A DNA stretch of 34,025 nucleotides. It comes from Gammaproteobacteria bacterium (lineage in GTDB: Bacteria; Pseudomonadota; Gammaproteobacteria; UBA1113). Position numbers and translations under genes: made by a program. The stretch spans positions 1 to 34,025 of the forward strand of contig JBIPMB010000002.1 of the NCBI GenBank assembly GCA_044369355.1, written 5' to 3'. Below, in pieces: positions 1-8,060 of this stretch. The notes beneath the pieces were generated by a model, which was not told the origin of the DNA, searched no databases, and worked only from the letters and a program-made list of their open reading frames with translations. Positions within the stretch are counted from its first letter, which is position 1. The number at the start of each line of letters is the position of its first letter.

Positions 1-20
1 TGAAGTTTTCTATATCATTA

Positions 21-1400
21 TCACCCCAATCTAGGAATATCTCTTTGTGCTATAGCCCGAGGAGTATTGCCGCTAAACGTAGAGTTAAAAAATCCTGTTG
101 TATTCGCGGACAATTGTTTATTTTCAACCATAAAATTAGCCGCAATCCTCTCTTGAAGGTTATCCAAAGTACAATTTAGTCTTTCTAGTTCAACTGTGCT
201 AACAGGAAAATTCTTTTCGAAGTAACGGGCTATTTCTTCTTCATAAAGCAGACACGCTTTTAAGCTCTCGTTGTCTGGAGTATTTGAGGATTCTAAGAGC
301 GCTAGCAATAGGTTTAGCTTGCTTTGTGCTTTAAGGAATGTCTCTACTACTATTTCTTTTTTCGCAAAATTTTCTTCTTTGGGGAGAGTTTTGGCAGAAT
401 TCCACCATCTATATATACTGGTTACCCAGGATGTCGTTTGGCCAGCGGAGCTGGTTTGTAAATTATTTTCTTCGTTATTGGATATCTGTTGGTTTCGATC
501 TATCTTCTTAGCGTTGCTAGCCCACGACAATAACGTTACCAATGATTCATTGGCCCAATACGGAGCGGTATTCTTATTAGAAACATCCGCACCATATTCC
601 AGCAGTAACATTACTATTGATTCATTGCCTTCGCTTGCTGCCCAATGTAGAGGCGTTCTTCCATTTGTATCTTGCGCATCTACACGTGCACCTTTTGCCA
701 GCAATAAACGTACTATTGATTCATGGTCTTCGTTTGCTGCCCAATGTAGAGGAGTTCTTCCATTCGTATCTTGCACATCTACACGAGCACCCTTTGCCAG
801 CAATAAACGTACTATTGATTCATCGCCTTCGCGCGCTGCCATATGTAGAGGTATTTCCCCATATTCATTTTGCACATTTACATCCGCACCGTATTTCAGC
901 AATAAACTTACTGTTGATTTCTTACCTGCGTTTATTGCCAGATATAGCGGGCGGTTTCCATAGTTATTTTGTGCATTTACATCCGCACCGTATTTCAGCA
1001 ATAAACGTACCATTGGTTCATTATCTCTGAGTTGTGCCCAATGCAGAGGGGTATTTCCATGTTTATCTTGCGCATTTACATCCATACCGTATTCCAATAA
1101 TAATTTTAATAGACGATAGATAGGAGGTAATTCAATTGTACCGTTAAGCGGTGTGAATGGTAGCCACTGAATTTGATTGCCCTGTTTAGCATCATCGTTT
1201 ATCTCGCAGCGAGACGACAATGCTTGTTCATAGTTCTCCCATTTTTGAGAAGCTAGCAGAGACAGAATGGTTGTATCTTTTGCTATTACATCCTGAAGCT
1301 GCTCTTTATTTTGTTCCAAGAATGCAATTGCTTCACCGATTTTTTCTCTGCGAATTAGATCTTTTAATCCGTTCATTAAATCTTCAGTTGTAGCAGCCAT
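21..1400 (-). CDS. Ankyrin-repeat protein (about 6 ANK repeats, aa 85-277) with a non-ANK C-terminal half; eukaryote-like candidate secreted effector
   Basis: Repeated 33-aa units with the ANK signature G-x-TPLHWAA...IVRLLL..GA.V.. are visible in the translation. GGGAGG lies about 7 nt upstream of the ATG. Confidence 0.85.
   Translation of the reverse strand: MAATTEDLMNGLKDLIRREKIGEAIAFLEQNKEQLQDVIAKDTTILSLLASQKWENYEQALSSRCEINDDAKQGNQIQWLPFTPLNGTIELPPIYRLLKLLLEYGMDVNAQDKHGNTPLHWAQLRDNEPMVRLLLKYGADVNAQNNYGNRPLYLAINAGKKSTVSLLLKYGADVNVQNEYGEIPLHMAAREGDESIVRLLLAKGARVDVQDTNGRTPLHWAANEDHESIVRLLLAKGARVDAQDTNGRTPLHWAASEGNESIVMLLLEYGADVSNKNTAPYWANESLVTLLSWASNAKKIDRNQQISNNEENNLQTSSAGQTTSWVTSIYRWWNSAKTLPKEENFAKKEIVVETFLKAQSKLNLLLALLESSNTPDNESLKACLLYEEEIARYFEKNFPVSTVELERLNCTLDNLQERIAANFMVENKQLSANTTGFFNSTFSGNTPRAIAQRDIPRLG
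570..1148 (-). repeat. In-frame 99-bp tandem repeats encoding the ANK units; the two copies at about 640-830 are near-identical
   Basis: DNA strings such as cttccattYgtatcttgcRcatctacacgWgcacc...gccagcaataaacgtactattgattcat recur with a 99-bp period. Confidence 0.8.
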
Positions 1401-1471
1401 AAAATTACCTCCCTTATTTATTAAAAATACAATAGACCTGACAGATCAAGGACTTCAACTTAATACAGCAG

Positions 1472-1499
1472 ATTGTACACTTTTATCTTTTTTTGTCAA
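1472..1499 (-). promoter_or_regulatory. Candidate sigma70 promoter for the ankyrin gene
   Basis: On the minus strand, TTGACA (1494-1499) is followed by a 16-nt spacer and TACAAT (1472-1477), about 70 nt upstream of the ATG. Confidence 0.4.
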
Positions 1500-1577
1500 A
1501 TTGGTAACCCTTTTTGTACAAGATAAGGATTTTATTCTTCTATGAGAATCAGAAAGGATACATCATGATTTGCATCC

Positions 1578-3806
1578 TTAACGTCCCATCATTTTATTCC
1601 CACCCAGCCAAGCTTGACCTAAACTCAAGCCGCTGTCGTTCGGTGGATATAAACGCGGGTAAAGTGGCGTTAGCTTTTTCTTTTTTAAATCTATTATGAC
1701 TGCATCGCTTAAAACTCTATTGAGAAAGCAGCCGCCGGATAATAATACGTGTTCCAAATCATGTTGCAGAGCTGCTTGTTCCACCCAGGCTACTAAAGCT
1801 GCGGCCAACGTGCCGTGAAACAAATTAGCACCTTCTGTAGGATCACAGGACAAAAGTATATTCAATAATGGCAACATATTTAAATGTGTATCATTCAATA
1901 TCCAGCCCTTGGAATCGCATTTAATTTTAGAAACACGACTTTCCATCATCATTGCTGCCTGTCCTTCATAATCGGCATTTTCGCAAATGCCTAATAGACT
2001 ACTCGCCGCGTCGAATAAACGGCCGCAACTGCTGCTGGCGGATGCGTGTACGCTATTTTCTAATAAGGACAAAATAGCCGCTGTTTGTGAATGATGATTA
2101 AAGCGTTGTAGCGCTAAATCTTGTTTTCCTAAAGCAAATAATGCACTCACCGCCATACGCCACGGTTGTTTGGTAACCGCATCGCCACCGGGTTGTAATA
2201 AAGGTTGCAACGAACCTAAACGTTTATAGTCGTTGCCATGATAAACCATCAATTCACCGCCCCAACTTTGATCGTCATCGCCCAAACCAAAACCATCTAA
2301 GGCTAAGCCTAATGCGGGCGTGATAATACCATATTCAACCGCACACGCGGCCAAATGCGCATGGTGGTGTTGAATAGCAAAGCTAGGTACTCTAAATTGT
2401 GCTGCAATTTGCGTAGAATAAAAATCAGGGTGTTTGTCATGGGCTACGCAATCTGGTTTAACATTCAATATTTTTAACAGATGCTTTATAGTCTCGTGAT
2501 AAAAAGAGATGCTTTCCGCTGTGTTTAAACTGCCTACGGGTTGCGATACAAATGCTTCATTGCCACGCGTCACGCAAATCGTATTTTTTAAATAACCGCC
2601 TAAAGCTAAAGTGGTCGGAATAGTATAGGGCAGGGCGATAGCATTCGGTACATAACCCCGCGCACGCCGTATAAAAGCGGGTTTTTCAGCAATAAATTGT
2701 ACTACGGAATCGTCTATGGCGGTGCTAATATCACGATTATAATGTACTACACAATCAGCTATAGACTGCAATTCTTTTTCTGCAGTATCATTTTCTTTAA
2801 TGATGGGACTGTCGCTGTTATTGGCACTCGTGACTACCAAGACTAGATTATTTTTTTCTTGTAGCCATTTACTCCCAGTTGGCGAGCCTAAAAGCGAATG
2901 AAACAGTAAATAGTGTGCAGGCGTGTAAGCCAACATGACCCCTAAGCTATTTAAACCCGGTGCTATTTGTGGTGGTAAAGAATTATCTATCTTATCTAAT
3001 ACGACAATGGGGCGCTGTGGGCTGTTGAGCAATTGCAAAGCGGCTTTATTGCAATCAACGATTTGTTTTGCCGAGGCACTATTTAACACCATCAACGCAA
3101 ACGGCTTATGTAAGCGCGCTTTGTTTAACCGTAGTTTTTGTAGTGCATTCTCATTGCGGGCATCACAGATCAATTGATAGCCGCCTATACTTTTTAAGGC
3201 CAGTATTTGACCTTGAGAAATAACCGTTGCCATATCGTTGATTGAATGGCTTAAGCTAGGGCCACACTGTGTACATGCGATTGTTTCGGCATGATAACGC
3301 CTGTCGTTTGGGTTGTTATACAGAGCGCTGCAATTTGTACAAGGTTCAAAAACAGAAAGGCTCGTGTGTTTTCTATCGTAAGGCAATTTCCATGTCAGGT
3401 TATAACGCGGACCGCAATGCGTACATTGTACAAAAGGGTAGTGGTAAAACGGGTTATTCGGATCAAACAGATCGTGCAAACAATCGTCGCAAACAGCGGT
3501 ATCGGCAGGGATTTTGCTGCGTATAATACCGCCTACACTGCTATGGATTGCAAAAAGAGCCTTACTCTTTTTTAATGCCATTTCTTTTTGTACTACAGAA
3601 TCTATGCGCGCTAAGGGTGGTAAGTCTTTTGTCAGCGCACTTAAAAAGCGTGGGCACTCTGTACCTTGTATTTCTATGTGTACACCATAAGGATCATTTT
3701 TAATAAAGCCACTTAGATTCAATGCTATGGCTAAGCGATAAACATAAGGTCTAAAGCCTACGCCTTGGACTAAGCCAAAAACTTTAAGCTGTAATCGTTG
3801 CATCAT
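1578..3806 (-). CDS. hypF: [NiFe]-hydrogenase maturation carbamoyltransferase HypF
   Basis: Acylphosphatase motif VQGVGFRPYVYRLA, two CxxC...CxxC zinc-finger pairs (CDDC..CTHCGPRY and CTNC..CTQCGPS), and YrdC-like plus Kae1-like C-terminal regions. The ORF track starts at a GTG at 3827. ATG at 3806 or 3803 gives a more typical N-terminus, so the start is uncertain. Confidence 0.9.
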   Translation of the reverse strand: MMQRLQLKVFGLVQGVGFRPYVYRLAIALNLSGFIKNDPYGVHIEIQGTECPRFLSALTKDLPPLARIDSVVQKEMALKKSKALFAIHSSVGGIIRSKIPADTAVCDDCLHDLFDPNNPFYHYPFVQCTHCGPRYNLTWKLPYDRKHTSLSVFEPCTNCSALYNNPNDRRYHAETIACTQCGPSLSHSINDMATVISQGQILALKSIGGYQLICDARNENALQKLRLNKARLHKPFALMVLNSASAKQIVDCNKAALQLLNSPQRPIVVLDKIDNSLPPQIAPGLNSLGVMLAYTPAHYLLFHSLLGSPTGSKWLQEKNNLVLVVTSANNSDSPIIKENDTAEKELQSIADCVVHYNRDISTAIDDSVVQFIAEKPAFIRRARGYVPNAIALPYTIPTTLALGGYLKNTICVTRGNEAFVSQPVGSLNTAESISFYHETIKHLLKILNVKPDCVAHDKHPDFYSTQIAAQFRVPSFAIQHHHAHLAACAVEYGIITPALGLALDGFGLGDDDQSWGGELMVYHGNDYKRLGSLQPLLQPGGDAVTKQPWRMAVSALFALGKQDLALQRFNHHSQTAAILSLLENSVHASASSSCGRLFDAASSLLGICENADYEGQAAMMMESRVSKIKCDSKGWILNDTHLNMLPLLNILLSCDPTEGANLFHGTLAAALVAWVEQAALQHDLEHVLLSGGCFLNRVLSDAVIIDLKKKKLTPLYPRLYPPNDSGLSLGQAWLGGNKMMGR

Positions 3807-4518
3807 AAGTTTGCAATAACCAATCACACCACGGCGCTATGCCTTGGTGTGTAGTCGCCGAGGTTTGTAATATTGCAATATGCGGGTTAATACGTTTAGC
3901 ATATTCTATGCATTGTTCTACATTAAAAGAAACATAGGGTAATAGATCAATCTTATTGATTATCATTAAACTGGCTTCGGCAAACATATGTGGATACTTC
4001 AAAGGTTTATCATCGCCTTCAGTGACCGACAATATCACTATTTTAGCTTTTTCACCCAAATCGAACAAAGCAGGACAAACCAAATTGCCTACATTTTCTA
4101 TGAATAATACGCTGTTCATGCTGGGTGCTAAATCGCCTAAGGCATGGCCTATGCGATGGGCATCTAAATGACATGCCTTGCCAGTATTGATTTGTAATAC
4201 GGGCACACCTGTTTCAGCGATACGTTTGGCATCTAAATCGGTTTGTTGATCGCCTTCGATGACGCTGATAGCACAACGTTGTTTTAATGCGCGTATGGTT
4301 TCTATTAATAAAGTCGTTTTACCAGAACCCGGGCTAGACATGAGATTTAAGGCGACAATATGATTTTTGGCGAAATAGGCACGGTTTTGATCGGCAAAGC
4401 GTTGATTTTCCCCTAGAATATCTTGTTCAATCTGAATGATCCTAGAATCGTGAGCATGATCGTGTGCATGCTCATGGGAATGTTCATGATCGTGTCCGCA
4501 ACCGCAATAACCACACAT
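3784..4518 (-). CDS. hypB: Hydrogenase nickel-incorporation GTPase HypB with a His-rich N-terminal metal-binding tract
   Basis: N-terminus MCGYCGCGHDHEHSHEHAHDHAHD, P-loop SSPGSGKTTLL, and the CxxC/His signature of the HypB/UreG SIMIBI family. Its start overlaps the hypA stop by 1 nt. Confidence 0.92.
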   Translation of the reverse strand: MCGYCGCGHDHEHSHEHAHDHAHDSRIIQIEQDILGENQRFADQNRAYFAKNHIVALNLMSSPGSGKTTLLIETIRALKQRCAISVIEGDQQTDLDAKRIAETGVPVLQINTGKACHLDAHRIGHALGDLAPSMNSVLFIENVGNLVCPALFDLGEKAKIVILSVTEGDDKPLKYPHMFAEASLMIINKIDLLPYVSFNVEQCIEYAKRINPHIAILQTSATTHQGIAPWCDWLLQTYDATITA

Positions 4519-4865
4519 TAAGTTGTTTCCATCCGTATAATTCGTAAAGCCTTACCCTGCGTGATAGTATAATTATACTGCCCACAAATAGCGCAGGGCG
4601 CCAATAGAGAGCTTAGTGTAACATTTTTATGGCAATTATGGCAGAGTGCCTGTCCGGCTTGAGTCTTGATCTCCAGTGTGGCATCCTTGGCCAAGCTATG
4701 AGTAGCGGCAATGGGAAAGCTGAAACGGATGGCATCTAAATCTATGCCTGCCAATTCGCCTATCTCCAGCCATACCGTTTTAATGCGGGTAATAGGTGGT
4801 GTAGCGCTATTGGCAGTTTGTTCCAATATGCGGATAAGGTTAAAGCACAGTGTGAGTTCATGCAT
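4518..4865 (-). CDS. hypA: Hydrogenase nickel insertion metallochaperone HypA
   Basis: N-terminal MHE nickel-site motif, two CxxC pairs (CHNC...CAICG), a length of about 115 aa, and a position upstream of hypB. Confidence 0.88.
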   Translation of the reverse strand: MHELTLCFNLIRILEQTANSATPPITRIKTVWLEIGELAGIDLDAIRFSFPIAATHSLAKDATLEIKTQAGQALCHNCHKNVTLSSLLAPCAICGQYNYTITQGKALRIIRMETT

Positions 4866-4901
4866 AGGACATCGATTTTATTTTAAAGAGGGTAGTTTAT
4901 A

Positions 4902-6095
4902 ATGGAACAAAGACAAATGCAAAAGTCGATTCCGCTGTATACATTAATCATACTGGTATCTTTTGCCTCCGTGGCATCGGTATTATTTACCCCAGGATTG
5001 CCGCAGTTACAACGCCAATTTCAAATCAGCACGGCGAGCACACAACTCACGGTTTCTCTATTTTTGCTGGGTTATACCATAGGTCCCTTGATCTATGCTC
5101 CTTTGGCTAATCGTTATGGCCGAAAAAATACCTTATATGCAGGCATCAGCGTTGCTTTCATTAGCTCCTTATTGTGCGCACTCGCACCTTCTATAGGAGG
5201 CTTTACTGTTTTTCTGGTGGCTAGATTTTTGTCGGCATTGGGTGCGAGTGCGGGTTTAACCATAGCCTTTACGCTGATCAGCGATGTATTTACAGATAGG
5301 CAAGAACGAGGCAGAGTCATCGCCTATAGCACGCTTGCCTTTGCTATTATGCCGGGATTGGCGATTTATGTAGGTGGTTTGTTGGTATCATATTGGAATT
5401 GGCCCAGTTGTTTTTACTTCTACATGATCTATTGCGTGCTGGTGGCTTTTCTAGTATCGCGTTTACCCGAAACAAAACCACTGCAGACTGAAGCAGTCAG
5501 CCTTAAAAAAATGTTGTGCCACTATTATAGCGTGGCGCGTAGTGGTAAGTTATGGATATATTCTATTATTTGGGGCATTACTACGGGGATTATTTTTACC
5601 TTTTCGGCTATAGCACCTATTGTGAGTGCGAAGCTTTTCAATCTTTCCGCTGATGCTTTTGGTACTTACAGTTTATGTGTGTTTGCAGGCTTAGCCGTAG
5701 GCAATATTCTATCGGCAAAATTGGTAACCTGGTTTAGCCTTAGAAAGATAATCATTTCGGGCATTATAGTATCATTGAGTAGTGCAATACTTTTATTCTT
5801 GACTACGTTAAGCGGCCACTTGAGCGTAGTTTCTCTATTTTTATGGACGACGCTATTATTTATAGGCTTACCGGCCATTTTTTGCAATGCACTTGCTTTA
5901 GCCACGGAGCAATCTAGCGATACAGCCACTGCTTCGTCTTTAATAACCAGCATCGATTTATTGGCGGCTATTATAGTGATGTCTTTGATGGGGCTGATGA
6001 TATATTCTCTGGCAGCGACGATGAGCGGCTTATTTGTGGTAATGATGATTACAATAGCGTTATTGTTTTGGTGGGTAGGGCGGCGTTCGAGATAG
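4902..6095 (+). CDS. MFS transporter, Bcr/CflA-type drug or metabolite efflux family (12 predicted TM segments)
   Basis: Hydrophobic 12-TM layout, MFS motif-A-like PLANRYGRK after TM2, and a length of 397 aa. Confidence 0.8.
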   Translation: MEQRQMQKSIPLYTLIILVSFASVASVLFTPGLPQLQRQFQISTASTQLTVSLFLLGYTIGPLIYAPLANRYGRKNTLYAGISVAFISSLLCALAPSIGGFTVFLVARFLSALGASAGLTIAFTLISDVFTDRQERGRVIAYSTLAFAIMPGLAIYVGGLLVSYWNWPSCFYFYMIYCVLVAFLVSRLPETKPLQTEAVSLKKMLCHYYSVARSGKLWIYSIIWGITTGIIFTFSAIAPIVSAKLFNLSADAFGTYSLCVFAGLAVGNILSAKLVTWFSLRKIIISGIIVSLSSAILLFLTTLSGHLSVVSLFLWTTLLFIGLPAIFCNALALATEQSSDTATASSLITSIDLLAAIIVMSLMGLMIYSLAATMSGLFVVMMITIALLFWWVGRRSR

Positions 6096-6111
6096 TTGCT
6101 TCGTATGGAAT

Positions 6112-7011
6112 ATGGAGAATAGATTTATGACAAATAGTAAAGAAGCGGATATTAGTTCAGCTGAAATGACGGCTTATTGGCGATCTTTGTATCCTAAGTT
6201 AAGTAGCGATACGCTGAGTATCAATTTGGCCAGTGCAGAGGGTATTCAGAAGGCAAAGGTATTTGAAGAAAGATTTAAATATCCATTATTAGGGCGTAAG
6301 GTGAGTGTGCGCGCGGGGTTTATGCTACAGAAGGCCATAGAAATTCTGTCTACAGGGCTATATGATTCTTGTATTTCATTAGGATCTGGATTTTCTATGC
6401 TAACGTATATCCTTGCTGAGCAGTTGAATCGCGATAATGAAATGCCTATCCAATTTATTGATTTGGATCTTCCGGAAATAATCGAAGAAAGGAAGAGACG
6501 ACTTTCCAGATTAATTATAGATAGAAAGGTATCTGCTGATGTTGTTTCAACGATACAAAATATTGAGATAGACATTGAAGCAATGCATACAAATACTATT
6601 TCTTTTAAAGATGTTTTTCGGGATTGTAAAAGACCATTATTTATGATTGAAGGGTTAATATATTTTTTAACGGAAGATTGCGTTGAATGGCTTATGCAAC
6701 AGATTACACGTTATGATCTATCGGCTGTTATTTTTGATTATTGGCCTGAAAATGGAGTGAACGAGAGTTTATGTTTTCGTAATGCCATTCAGGCTATGGC
6801 AGGCTTTATGCCCGAAAATGTAAAAAGCTTTTGGAGTGATGAGGGAATTGCACAACTTTCTGGCCATTTTAAGCGGGTTGAAAATTTAAAGATCAAAAAT
6901 ATTGAAAACGAAATGTCAGAAGAAATGCTGGATACGCCTATGTTTATAGACAGTAATCAATTTTTCCCGGTTCAAATTTTTGTTGGTTTAGGGCCAAAGA
7001 ATAGTCAATAG
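6112..7011 (+). CDS. Class I SAM-dependent methyltransferase, leucine-carboxyl-methyltransferase (LCM/TcmP-like) family
   Basis: Motif I-like ISLGSGFSML, FIDLDLPEIIEERKRRL (family pattern E/D-x-D-x-P-x-v-i-x-x-K) and MIEGLIYFLTE (family pattern EGll-YL). It starts 16 nt after the MFS gene. Confidence 0.6.
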   Translation: MENRFMTNSKEADISSAEMTAYWRSLYPKLSSDTLSINLASAEGIQKAKVFEERFKYPLLGRKVSVRAGFMLQKAIEILSTGLYDSCISLGSGFSMLTYILAEQLNRDNEMPIQFIDLDLPEIIEERKRRLSRLIIDRKVSADVVSTIQNIEIDIEAMHTNTISFKDVFRDCKRPLFMIEGLIYFLTEDCVEWLMQQITRYDLSAVIFDYWPENGVNESLCFRNAIQAMAGFMPENVKSFWSDEGIAQLSGHFKRVENLKIKNIENEMSEEMLDTPMFIDSNQFFPVQIFVGLGPKNSQ

Positions 7012-7021
7012 TCTAAAAATA

Positions 7022-7088
7022 CAATACCAAGCAATTGCAAGCTAAAACAGATTGCAAAGCAATATTAGCTTGCAATTGCTTGGTGTTG
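7022..7088. terminator. Long hairpin immediately after the methyltransferase gene: 19 bp perfect stem (extendable to about 23 bp) with a 21-nt loop and no clear U-tract
   Basis: accaagcaattgcaagcta (7026-7044) is the exact reverse complement of tagcttgcaattgcttggt (7066-7084). Confidence 0.5.
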
Positions 7089-7142
7089 CGCGCACCTATC
7101 CCATTGTATTTTAATGATATTTCTTTAAAAGGTTATTTTCAG

Positions 7143-7172
7143 TTGGTTATATGTTGAATAAAATAGTATAAT
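7143..7172 (+). promoter_or_regulatory. Weak candidate sigma70 promoter for the repeat-protein gene
   Basis: TTGGTT (7143-7148), an 18-nt spacer, then TATAAT (7167-7172), about 80 nt upstream of the ATG at 7254. Confidence 0.3.
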
Positions 7173-7253
7173 TTCATAGTGAATGACAAGATATTTAAAG
7201 GATTGTTGTGTATAGAGAATTTTTTGCGACAGAATACAAATTAGAGGTAAAAA

Positions 7254-8030
7254 ATGGTAATCTCTCCGCATGGAATAGTTACAATTTACAGCATTGATAC
7301 CGAAGCAAGCGTAAAACTCTTGCCGGTTGAGGTCACTGCCGCTAGATTTGTAAGCAAGGCCCCCGCGGCATGCGTAAAAGCCTTAAAAAAATCGGTCACG
7401 ATTGTTGAATTTGTAGACGATGTTCTCGTAGAAAGTGTAAAAGCCGTACCGACTTGGGTCACTGCTGTTAGATTTAATGGCGATGTTTCTCCAGAAAGTG
7501 TAGGAGCCTTACCGGCTTGGGTCACTAGGATTGTACTTGTAGGCAACATTTCCGCAGAAAGTGTAGGAGCCTTACCGGCTTGGGTCACGAGGGTTGTATT
7601 TGTAGGCGATGTTCCTGCAGAAAGTGTAGGGGCCTTACCGGCTTGGGTCACGACTGTTGTACTTGTAGGCGATGTCTCCGAAGCAAGCATAAAAGCCATA
7701 CCGGCTTCTGTTACTACCCTTAGATTTTGGAACAACGCCCCTGTTGCAACGACTGAAACTTTTTACGGATTAGATGTATTGGCTTATGCTGTTGCCGTTA
7801 GAGTCAATGATGAGGAAAGGCGCATAATAAAAAGCGATCTACCGCCATCGAAAAGGCGCAGAATCAACTACGAGGATCAAAATAAATTTACTAATTACAC
7901 AGCTTCAGACTTTGCTCCAGCTAATCCAGATACTGTGTTCAGGCAGCCAATCTCTTCTTCTTCTTTCTTCTATGAGCCCCCACAGAAACCACATGAACCA
8001 TTTTATCCAAAACAGATGACTAGGGGCTAA
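7254..8030 (+). CDS. Repeat protein with about seven 21-aa LRR-like (FNIP/BspA-like) repeats, followed by a tail with a basic KRRR patch and Pro/Tyr-rich end
   Basis: Repeating unit ESVGALPAWVT-x-[IV]V[LF]VG[DN][IV]S/P-A; PPSKRRRINYEDQ at 7851-7862; AGAGG lies about 8 nt upstream of the ATG. Confidence 0.75.
   Translation: MVISPHGIVTIYSIDTEASVKLLPVEVTAARFVSKAPAACVKALKKSVTIVEFVDDVLVESVKAVPTWVTAVRFNGDVSPESVGALPAWVTRIVLVGNISAESVGALPAWVTRVVFVGDVPAESVGALPAWVTTVVLVGDVSEASIKAIPASVTTLRFWNNAPVATTETFYGLDVLAYAVAVRVNDEERRIIKSDLPPSKRRRINYEDQNKFTNYTASDFAPANPDTVFRQPISSSSFFYEPPQKPHEPFYPKQMTRG
7494..7682 (+). repeat. Three near-identical in-frame 63-bp tandem repeats (core of the 21-aa repeat array spanning about 7320-7740)
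   Basis: gaaagtgtaggRgccttaccggcttgggtcac begins at 7494, 7557 and 7620. Confidence 0.9.
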
Positions 8031-8060
8031 TATGATACACACGTTTTTGAGCGCCAATTT

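Noticed and set aside
271-1030. Two plus-strand ORFs (230 aa and 137 aa) antisense to the ankyrin gene
   Set aside because: They are shadow ORFs kept open by the repetitive ANK coding sequence on the other strand. Their translations are low-complexity repeats (SFAAQCRGVLPFVSC...) with no recognisable motifs, and the minus-strand ANK reading is unambiguous.
1514-1699. 61-aa plus-strand ORF overlapping the 3' end of hypF
   Set aside because: It overlaps the hypF C-terminus on the opposite strand and has no motif or ribosome-binding site support.
7494-7682. 63-bp tandem repeats considered as a possible CRISPR array; the 33-bp repeats at 14960-15025 were considered likewise
   Set aside because: The repeats are directly adjacent with no unique spacers, are in frame within a CDS (7494-7682) or number only two copies (14960-15025), and no cas genes are present.
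7286-7735. 149-aa minus-strand ORF antisense to the 21-aa-repeat gene
   Set aside because: It is a mirror-image repeat ORF (QAGKAPTLS...) generated by the 63-bp periodicity. The plus-strand ORF has a Shine-Dalgarno sequence, extends beyond the repeats and has a structured tail.
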